From Daphnia carinata (lineage: Eukaryota), in NCBI RefSeq assembly GCF_022539665.2, contig NC_081331.1:9672001-9736000 (forward strand): a DNA stretch of 64,000 nt, written 5' to 3'. Each line of letters starts with the position of its first letter. Within the stretch, counting starts at the first letter, position 1. The notes beneath the pieces were generated by a model that did not search any database, had not been told where the DNA came from, and was given only the letters and a program-made list of their open reading frames with translations. The translations under genes and the position numbers were made by a program. Shown here in pieces: positions 53,707-64,000 of the stretch.

Positions 53707-55910
53707 GTTGTGCACGACGAATGATGTTGAGAGAAGAGCTAAATTCGGAGTAACGTGGCCGAGCATTCCAGGCGAAGCTTTTATACGAATACATACGTTC
53801 GTTCTCGTTCAGTTTCCGGGAACCACCTTCCATGAAACAATGGTTCAATTAACGAAGTGCAGAGCTCTGCGTGCTGGAAGACCTTCAGTTCATAGGGCGC
53901 GGTCGTTCTCCATGCAGTACGCAGAAAGCACCGATCGTCCCCTTTCGTCCCAAATATTGCGGAATGAATTCTGTTTTTTTTTATGCTACACTTTCTTTGT
54001 CTTTTTAATAACAATGCTTACGGTCAAGGTTGGATCTCATTTTAATGATGGAATCCTAGTCATCCGCTCCCATGTGCTCTTGTATTTTTGTGCCCTAAAG
54101 GTGACAATGGCCAGCATTCTTAAACCAAGTGTACCATTTTATTTTTTATTGTTATCGTTCTAACGATGAAAATGTGCAGACCTGCCCTTCTTTTAAACAC
54201 CTTACTGTTTGGCCTTGAAGTTGTGAAAGGAACTGAACTGAAATAGCGCCAGGAATGATAAGATGGGCTTGGAAACTTGACTAGCGCACGCAAAAGGGCG
54301 TTCTAATCAATCGTCTTAATTAATTTTTAAATTGCCTAATATTTCAAATGACGTGATTCAACAAAATTAGCTGTGGGTTTCCTTCATTTGGCCAAGAACG
54401 TTGGGGTTTGCGGTATGCGCACACCTCTAATCAAATTTGTTTAAACGAGCGAGACATTGAAGTCTGGTTGATTTTTTTCGCACCTGTAGACGATGCGCCA
54501 TGTATTACCGCCGGAATTCTGCTGGTCAAGGCAATATCTCTCTAGTCGAGTCATCCAAGATAACAACGACGCAAATATCATGTGACACTTTCATTGCTCG
54601 GCTGTGTGCTCGTGAGTAGGAAAAAAAGTGAAAGCTTATGTAATTCTACGTCTCATCCAGCAGCTGTACATCTCGTCTGACGAAGTGAAATCCTTTTTTT
54701 TTAATTTTATATGAGCTTGTCTAAACAGCTGTGGACATCTTGAATTATGTTGTGTGTGCTAGTTCAGATGGGGCTAACGGAATGTCGTCTCGATATTTTG
54801 TGATGTCAATTAATATATGTCATCCAATATCATCACATATGCTGAAATTTGAAAGCAGTGGTATTGCCACTAAAACCAGTTTATGTTAATTCAAGTAATT
54901 AGCAGAACATTAGTTGTTGCTGGACACTAATCAACGATGTTTCTTAAGTCACAAAAAATTTAATTTCGTAAACATGTTCTACGTCAATCTTTCCATCAAA
55001 ACGTCAGCCATAAGAAAGGAGTCCAAATGATGCCCTAAAACATTTTCTTTAATTCAAGCTGCGTACGTGGCACATGATATCATCATCACCCTATATAATC
55101 ATACCTTCCTTTTTTTATTTTTTGTCTCGTGTGTTATCAATATACAGTATATTGTTAGGATTTTTCTCGCATCAGCAGATTTCAAACGGGGGCAGTGTAA
55201 CGCTGTGGTATTTATCACGTCGCGCGGTTGGCGGACTTTGGTCGGTCAATCGAACCAGGAAGACAAGGTGATGTTGTTCTTGAAGAAAAAGTAAGGCAAG
55301 TTTGCTTTCTATGTTTCCTTTTTATCGTGTGGAGACGAGTTAACACGGATCTCATCAACCTGTCCTACAAATCGACGATGTTGGTTAAGAATTCATTTCC
55401 ACAAATGAAGACCGTAGTTCGTGATATGGCCACATCCAACCCCATTGCGTGAATCAAGAGGATTTCTCTTTATTACAGTGAAAGTGAAGCATCAGTTTTA
55501 ATGGGGAAAAAACACCTGGGCATACTTAGCATGCTATCGGCATCTCACGGTAGAAGAAAGAGCCAACTTTCTAATTTCTGATTGTGTTGTCCGTGTACTG
55601 TAGGCTATATCTTTATTGCCTAGTATTTACGTAATCTCACATTTCTGGTGGGAAAAACACTGTGTGAGTCAAGAGGCTTACGCTATTGATTCATTTCAAA
55701 GATGAAACGACATTGCGAAAGAAATCAAACACCACTCGTATTATTATTATGATTTATTTACACCTTGTACGAAGTCATGGCGACTAGCCAATATTCAAAT
55801 ACAGGCTGCAATCATGACTTCTTAAAGTGAATTGGGGAATGAAATATGAGTCAAAGAGGTAATAAAACTTTTGAATAAATTTTTCTCAGCATAATGATAG
55901 TGGTGATTTC

Positions 55911-57609
55911 TTAACCGTAGCTAGGTGCGGGGGGATCGTAAGTGGGCTGAGAAATGGATGGGGTCTGGTAGACCGGAGCGGGCGCTTGGTAAACTGGCGC
56001 CGATGGCTGATAAACTGGAGCTGGTGGTTGGTAAACCTGGGCCGGAGCTTCGTAGCTCTGTCCGGGAGAACCAGCTGGTCCAGCAGGGCCGGCGGGGCCT
56101 GGATAGCCAGGGGTGCCTGGTTTTCCTTGGGGTCCTACGGGGCCAACAGGTCCAAGAGGGCCAACTGGTCCTGGGCCACCAGTGTAACCGGGTGCACCAG
56201 GTTTGCCTTGAGGTCCGACTGGACCAATGGGCCCAACGGGTCCAACTGGGCCTGGGCCGCCAGGGTATCCAGGTGCGCCGGGTTTACCTTGAGGTCCAAC
56301 TGGGCCTGGGCCGCCGGGGTAGCCAGGAGTACCGGCTGGGCCGGCGAGACCATCCTTACCTGGTTTGCCTGGGAGACCTGGAGCGCCTGTAAAATATTTT
56401 AAAAATCAGTTAATAATTGGAAAGAATTAAAATATATAGCTGCAAATGTACCAGTGTATCCAGGAGCTCCAGGTTTGCCGTCTTTGCCTGGATAACCAGG
56501 ACCGCCGGGGAGACCATCTTTGCCAGGAGCGCCATTGTAGCCAGGGGGGCCAGCTGGTCCGACGGGTCCAGGGGGACCAGGGATCTTGCTAGGTGCACCA
56601 GGATATCCGTCCTTGCCAGGGGCTCCAGCGTAGCCAGGTGTTCCAGCGTCACCTTTAGGTCCGGGGCCACCAGGGTAGCCATTTGTACCTGGTTTGCCAG
56701 GGAGTCCTTGAGGTCCAACAGGTCCAACTGGTCCAACGGGGCCTGGACCGCCAGGGTATCCAGGAGCACCGTCTTTGCCGTTGTAACCTGGTGGGCCAGG
56801 AGGTCCGGGGATCTTGGATGGGATAGTGTAGCCTGGTGGTCCAGCTTCTCCCTTAGGTCCAGCGGGTCCAGGGCCGCCAGGATAACCGTCTTTGCCGGGT
56901 AGTCCGGGACCGCCTGGAAGGCCAGGGGCGCCATTGTAGCCAGGGGCTCCCTTCTCTCCGTTGTAACCTGGTTTGCCAGGGGCTCCAGGAGCTCCGTTGT
57001 AGCCTGGTGTACCCTTCTCTCCTGGGTAGCCTGGTGCTCCGGGTTTGCCAGCTGGTCCTTGGGGTCCGGGTCCTCCTGGGTAGCCAGGGGTTCCTGGAGT
57101 ACCAGCATCTCCCTTGTATCCAGCGGGTCCTGGTGGACCTGGTGGGCCTGGGGGTCCTGGAATGACCTGAGGTTGAGCGTAGCTAGAACCGCCGCCGTAG
57201 GCACCACCACCGCCAGACGATCCAGCGGCTCCTGGGGCTCCAGGTGGGCCTGGTGGTCCAGCGGGACCTCTCAACCACGGAAGGTATTCATAGAAACGTT
57301 CCCATTGCTTCTGGATCTCTTCAATCTGAGGGCGTTCGGCAGCCGGGTAGGAAGAAGCAGATCCGTATGGGTTCAGAGAGGCCCACTGTTCCTTGGTGAT
57401 GGAAACAGTCTCACCTGCTGCTGGAGGTTGTCCGTATTGGGGTGCCGCCAAAATGGTGGCCACCAAAAGTGGAACAATAGCCTGTCACGCAAGTGAGAAG
57501 AGTTGTGTTAAATTTATGTCGGGACTGGCTCGTGTGGTTTCTATTTGATTCGCCCTGTTTTCAATTTGCAATATGTAATGAAATGATTGTTACATACCAA
57601 AGCCCTCAT
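55911..57609 (-). CDS. Collagen-like protein E (more diverged paralog)
   Basis: MRAL micro-exon, exon ~57481-56452 ([14 protein letters not shown], Gly-X-Y), and a last exon from ~56386 ending YDPPAPSYG*. Confidence 0.93.
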
Positions 57610-58049
57610 GGCTGTTTGGTTTGGAATTAGCAACCTTTTGTGTCGTTGAGTCGATTTGCTCGACAAGATTCTATAATTGAATTTAAAAAGAAAAATAGCA
57701 ATTCAATCAGCAATGTTTTTTCTTACTAATAGCGATAGCGTGTGAAAGAAGTAAAACGAAATTTTAGGGCAACCGCTATTGGACAATAAAAAGAAATACA
57801 AATGTTATTAAACAACAACGCAGCTGTTATTCGTTTTGTTTGTTGCATTTGCTACTTGTTTTTATTGTCCAAAACGATTAAAGATGCAAAAAACGGAAGC
57901 CGAAATCGATTGCCGATTTTAAAAACGGACTCAATGATTTGTTGAAACTGATTCTCTTGTCGTATTCAACGTCAAAGGGAATATTCTGGCTACTCTTTCC
58001 GCTTTTTCACCACGAAAAATTCACAATGAAATTGACATCAAAGTGAATC

Positions 58050-58356
58050 TTACCTCTTCTTACGCTTGCTGTTTCCTAAACTGTTGTCGGCAAGACACTG
58101 ACTTGAAATGTGAGAGTAGGGGCTTTAAATACCCTGTCAAGTCACTGGGTGTAGGTGGAAACAAGATAGAAAGGATGGGAGGGCTAGTTTTTGTTTTTTT
58201 GAAAGAAAGCATTGGAAAACTGTATAGGCGATATACAGAGCTGGCTGGCGAAGACGTCCGATTGGCCGGCAGACAGTGGGACGTGCCAGTCGGCTAGGAC
58301 ATTCAAACAAAGCCCCTCTTCATCGTTGGTATAGAATGCTTGGCGTAAAAGGGAAA
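58050..58356 (-). promoter_or_regulatory. Promoter and 5' UTR exon of collagen E
   Basis: TATA 58123-58131, Inr ~58101, donor ~58053, CCAAT 58261, CGTAAAAGGGAAA at 58344. Confidence 0.65.
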
Positions 58357-59880
58357 GCTCCACCGTACCAGAAAGAAAAAAAAAGGCGGGGAGAAGTGAA
58401 AATCGTCAAAGAAAAAAAAAAGGTACTTCTTCTTTACTGGTTGCTGCTCTTCATTGCTGGCTCTTTGGCGAGTGGAAGAAGACGGGCTGCCTGAGGAAGC
58501 CAAGTGACCCAGTTTGTCTACCTCATGCATACGAGGATGGCTCGTTCACAACTCTCCTTTTCCCAGAAAAAATTTCATCTTCTCTTTTGCAGATACAATT
58601 CCTTATTTTTGCTCCTTTCTTTCTTCTTTTACCCACCTGATGCACACACACAGCTGCGCTTGCTGAAGAGGTACAATTTTTTTTTTCGGCGTGGCCATCA
58701 CTCAGCGTATAGTTCTTTCCTTTCACTCCTTTTTGTGTGAATAAATTCACTGACACCTGAATAACATTTAAAGTGAAACCCATACGTGTTCTCCTTCTAC
58801 CTGATTTTAGAACGAATCATCATCAACGGTACTTTATAACCGTGCGTTATTGCTGAGCGCGGGAGGAAACGGAAATTCAAATTTCAAACCGCCACAGTTT
58901 TCATTTTCGCATGTACAAAATCAGTCGGACAGCGTTTCTAGAATACCATCCGGCACGCCGAATTCGAATATCGCTGTGTATTTTCTCTTGTTAGGACACT
59001 CACGCATTGAAGAACAGTACCGGTTTGCCAGAAAAGTGAACGATGTCGATAGAGCCGGGCCTAATTCGCATGGGCGGCTTGATGCCATTCACATGGGCAT
59101 TCCACATTTCATGCGTGACACATTGTCCACGTGTGAGCAAACGGGCACCAATTTTTGGAAATCAGGTTCGTGTTTTTTTGAAATTTTTGAAATGCGGATC
59201 TGAGGGGAGTCACGGACCCAGTGTAGGTCACGCATCAAGAAATATCTACGTAAATCACAGATCTCGATTGGTAGTTATGTCGCCAATCGTTAACCTTAAT
59301 CCCTTAATAAGCAGCTAGCCACTTGTTTGTCTTCTTTCAATCTTGGCATGGCAATTGAACAAGGAAACGGATTCTAGTTGAACCTGTGTTTTACAATTTC
59401 GGACGATGTTCAACTCTCAAAGTTTGTAGGTCATTCTACCCGAAAAAAATATATGAAAATGCACGAGGAAGGACAGAGAGAATGAGAGAAAATGAAGAGA
59501 AACGATGGATTGCTGAACGAAAAAAAGGAGGACGCGGCCAAGTTGGACTCATCCTGGACGAGAAAGTGCGTGAGCTTTAAGCAGAAGGAGTATATACTCT
59601 CACTCCCTCCGTTTGATGGACCAAAGAAAACAAATGAAGTGAAAAATGCGGTGGAAAAAAAAAAACAAACAAAAACAACATGCGGGAGCGCGCATAGCGT
59701 TGGTATGAGACCTACTTCTGACATGGCCATTCGATTCGCTTTTGCCTGATGGCGAGAACCGAAGAACAAAAATGAGAATAAAATATTTAAAAAAAAAATA
59801 AATATGGGTGTCAGCGGTTTTTTGAGAGCGTTGATGGTTATCTTTTGATTATCGGCCAGATATTCTTATTGTTTCTTTTT

Positions 59881-59905
59881 TGTTGTTGTTGTTGTTGTTG
59901 TTGTT
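59881..59905. repeat. (GTT)8 microsatellite
   Basis: tgttgttgttgttgttgttgttgtt. Confidence 0.9.
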
Positions 59906-62900
59906 TCGGTGCTACGAAAGAACACTCTTTCTCCGCTTGAGGCTTTAGAAATCTTTTTTGGCCGCAAGCCGGCACTATGGAACGTTGATCCGTTATTCCA
60001 TCTTCATCCATTAAACGTCAAATGCTCAACTTTTTTGGATATTTTTGTGCCCAACAAAGTGCTGTGTTACTCCATTCCAATAGAGGCTCACATGACCGAT
60101 TATTGTTGCCATTTCTCCTTGTGGAACGTGGCAACGACACGATGAACGAACCTGAAAAGGTGGGACAGTTATTTGTCTTCCACGTTTGGTAGCAGATCTC
60201 TGATGTCCAACTACAAATGAAAGTTACAACAAAGCCAAAGCTATGCTTTTTTTTTGCGTCCCAATCTTAAATCATGATACGAGCGATATTAATCGCTTTT
60301 GTTCAATGCAGGTAGACAGGTGAAGATTTCATGAACCCTCACGCTTGTTTCGTGAAGTCTATTGCTGGTTCAACATTTTCGTGATTTTTATCTGTGTATG
60401 AGATGTCGTTGAGTTTAATCACGATACGACTGTACTTGCTAGAAAATGGCAATCAACTTAAGAAACAAAAGGGTGTGCCATGGATGGACACAATAGTCCG
60501 GACGCACCTGCGAGGAATGGTCAGCAGCTATCGATAAGCAAATTTTGGTTTCATGCCCAATTTTTTTCTTTGTACCAAATAAACTGTGAGTCCACAACAC
60601 GCATTCTTGACGTGCAAAAAAACGAGAGAACGCTGTTGCCAACAATATCGAAATGGAATAGACCCGTTGGCGAAGCCTCGTGTGTTCCATTTCTCGCGAA
60701 GACAAAATTCGGGAAAAAACTACTTGTTTGCCTTCATTTTCTCCAGTTGAATCGGTGCCAACAATTCGCTGTATATACATTTATTTTTTAACCATTTACT
60801 TCTTCTGCGAACCTACATGATATCCTGCGTGATTATAGTGAGCAAAAGAGCCGGAAGACGCCCAAGGCGGAGATAGTGAACCAGCCGTTCGATGCTCTCA
60901 TTGTCTCTCCCGGAGCAAAAGAAAGCTTTCTAATTGAAGCAAGCCAACATCCTTGTTCATTGAATGGCCGCATAGGTTAGCAACAGCGTCTGCATATCAG
61001 TAAAAAGTGAAAGGGTGCACGCATTTTACGATGACGGACGAGGAGGATTTGTTTTTTTTTCTTCTCCGCAGGGTTTCATCATTTTCCAGGGCCGTTTCCT
61101 GGCTGCAAGGGGAGAAAGTATGTCTATACAGTGAACCATTTTATAATGCGCTCAATTAGATAAGACTCGCTTGAAAGAAAAAAAAAAGGATAACTTATAG
61201 CAAAAATGTATGCGGATTTGGCTTAAAAAAAAAGAGGGCGATTGCAAATATATGCGGATTTTATAAAGGAGGACGCATGAATTCGAATAAAGGGCTTTGG
61301 CAGGCGGCTATTTATGGAAGCAATGAGTATCCGCAGAAAACAATAATCGCAAGTAGAATTTTATTTTTTAGAAAAATTAACATGTCGATTTTCCGACAAA
61401 GAAAGTAGTCCTCATCGTTCCACTTAAATTCTTCGATCGATGCGTTCACCACTTAACGAATGTTGATATCCTTCAATTCGTGAACGAAGCGAAAGAAATC
61501 GGATAATCACGAATTGCGGCGAACTTTCAGGCCAATGATCTCATTCGAGACCATTCCGTTTGATAGATACGAAGCATACTTCGTAAAATTGATGAATGAG
61601 TAATATCACGGTTCGTAATTTCTCAAACGAAAGTGATTGTAAGTTGATTATTTTTATGATTTTGTCATGAGTGTGCATATGTGAACAACCGGCTTTTCAC
61701 GGCATTCACAGTCATGCTGGAGGGAACGTGACTTCGTACTTGACAAACAACTTCGAAACAGAATTCGAGTTGAGGAAAAAGAAATGAAACACGAAAACAA
61801 GGTCGACTACAATATAGAAGAACACTTAGTCGCCATACTGGTTTTTTTTTTAAATACTTGATTTTAACGCTTGAAAAGGCTCGCCCATCTTTTGTTTATA
61901 CATTCTGATGATTCTTCCATCTCAAGATTATCCTTGTTCACAAGGAAAGTGAAAGCTTACGGTTCAGGGTTAAGGCTCTGATGCCTCACTGGAGCCGACA
62001 GATTTCTTATCTATTTAAAACAAAATTTTGTATTTATCTTATACGTGCGTTTATTTAGCTTAGATTCGATGTGTTTTTTTTTCTTTCTTGTTGGGGGTTT
62101 CCCTCGTGCTATTAAACTGGCCAACCGCATCTTTTCACACAGTCCGTTCGATTCATAAAATGGCATTACAACATCACGTGTACTCCTTTCTGCTTGATAA
62201 GTTAGAAAACAATGGGCAACTGTGGAGTACATTATACGTGTAACTACCCCGACCTTTCCTGTCCTTTTTTTTATGCTCTTCTGGCGGTATGTACGTTTGT
62301 ATGATAATGGAATGACTTTCACAGCAAGAGTGATAACCATCCGTCAGATGAGATGGACACATCAAACATTTTTTCGGGTAGTTACACTTGGAAATATCGC
62401 TGGCGTTCGTTCATTTCCCTATCGTGAGTGTTCATAAAAGAATTCAAAAAATAAAAAGAACCTTAGTGGTGGGCTCGGGCATCAGATTACATTCACGGTT
62501 AGCTATCAAGTTAAAGCGAAAGTATTCCACCATGTTATTTTTCTATTAGTGGTACGACACCATAAAAATTGCTGGCAATAGTAATAAACTAATCTTTTTT
62601 TTTTCTCCTACAAAATATTCATGTGTATTTTTGAAAAAAAAAGGTATATGAGGTGTACTTAAATGCATCTAACGTTCCATTTGTCCTTCTTGCTTCCGTT
62701 CCGTTTCATCGTGCAAGCGTGGAAAGTGAAAGCTGAAAAGCAACGATTACTGTAGGGGATAGACACAATTACCGAAGGACGTCAACCTCTTTCATTTTGA
62801 AAAACTTTTCAAGTATAGCGTTGCAAAAAAAAGGCCATCTTTTTCTATCTTCCGTCTAGCGAAGCACGTAGATTTTTTTGCACGTAAGGTATTCTCCCAT

Positions 62901-64000
62901 TGAAATTCGCCAGCTTTCTCCTCATAAATATTTATGTATTCCCTTTTTTTGGCTTATTCTGACCTACGTGTTTTGCAGCTTGCCAAAGGGGGAAACACGG
63001 TTAGCTTTGGTGTTAGTGGTGGTCATCGAAAGAATTTTAATGGGTGAATTTGCTGACTTTCTCCATAATTAAAATGGTTCTTTTTTTTCCAATCCAATTA
63101 GCGCTACAGAAAGAAAAATGACCTTTCTCATTCCCACCGTTACTATGTTTACATCTTACAACTTAATATTCTATTCAGAAAAGGGCTTTCATCGCTGGCG
63201 GGGGTATGCTCTGAAGTCACGTTGGCGATACAACGTTAATGGGGGTGCGGTTCCAAAACGAAAATTGTCGCATCTTAATCTGCACGAGTTACCCAACCTG
63301 TCATCTGGATCGTGTAATAGAAAACGTGTGGCAGACCGTTGTGTTTTTCAGACCGAAACAGAATAATCGCTTCACGCAAAACGGACGAAAAAAGAGTTTT
63401 ACTGACGACTAAAAAAGGCATTTGAAGTAGAACTGTATATACTTGAAAAACACGAACTTTCCAGGCTCATATGTACGTGGATGATCGTTGATGTGCGTAA
63501 CAACCTGCTTTTTTATGACATAGTATTTTGCTTAGGTCCTTTTTTTTATTAAGCCATGTATGGCTAAATGAGACGTTATGGAACAAGAGCCGTAACTAAA
63601 AACATACTAGCTATGTATAAACATGAATCCGCAAACGTGCACTTTCGTTAGTCAACAACGGGAGCAGCAATAAAAGAAATGCTGGGTTGTTCGGTGAAGC
63701 GCGATGTAGTCAAGCGAGAAATTTAAGCGAGAGTCACTCGTCTTCTATAGAGGACCTTCTAACACTTTCACTTCTTTCGACCCAAAAACTTACTATTACA
63801 GTAAGCACGCTCGGCAGACTCACGATGGTCGCCTTGCCGACTAGTCTGATGACGAAGCTTGAACAGAATCACGCGTGATGTCATTGAAGTGGCGGACGTT
63901 TCGCTTGTTAACACCTATCATGGTGGATGTTCGTAATAAACAGGCTGGACTCTTAAAATTTTATTTCTACAAAAAGCTGAATGATAAAGAAAAGGACACA

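Noticed and set aside
58400..64000. Short ORFs in the right-hand 5.6 kb
   Set aside because: Homopolymer-rich and Phe/Lys-biased, with no recognisable motifs or coherent exon chain; treated as non-coding.

Overview
Eukaryotic genomic DNA with many short GT-AG introns of about 55-100 bp; the gene style suggests a cladoceran crustacean such as Daphnia (inference, not verified). The left ~27 kb is rearranged and transposon-rich. It holds a probable LTR end, two CMC/EnSpm-type insertions, a hAT MITE with a perfect 8-bp TSD, a long-TIR foldback element family, and a ~6.6-kb direct duplication (about 8533-18031 vs 20534-27101). The duplicated unit is a head-to-head gene pair: an intronless signal-anchored helical protein with 76-aa and 119-aa tandem modules, and a multi-exon Ser/Lys-rich protein ending in a CENP-C-like cupin. 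An older, inverted, degraded paralog of the first gene lies at ~2.4-5.5 kb. The middle holds conserved genes: NDUFAF4, SCAR/WAVE (with an unexplained 230-aa ORF in intron 1), and a GT7 beta-1,4-GalNAc/Gal transferase. The right part holds five minus-strand secreted Tyr-rich short collagen-like genes with a shared promoter design, a small cuticular-protein-like gene, and ~6 kb of apparently non-coding sequence. No rRNA, intact tRNA or CRISPR array was seen. All family calls are from motif recognition by eye; no database search was run.
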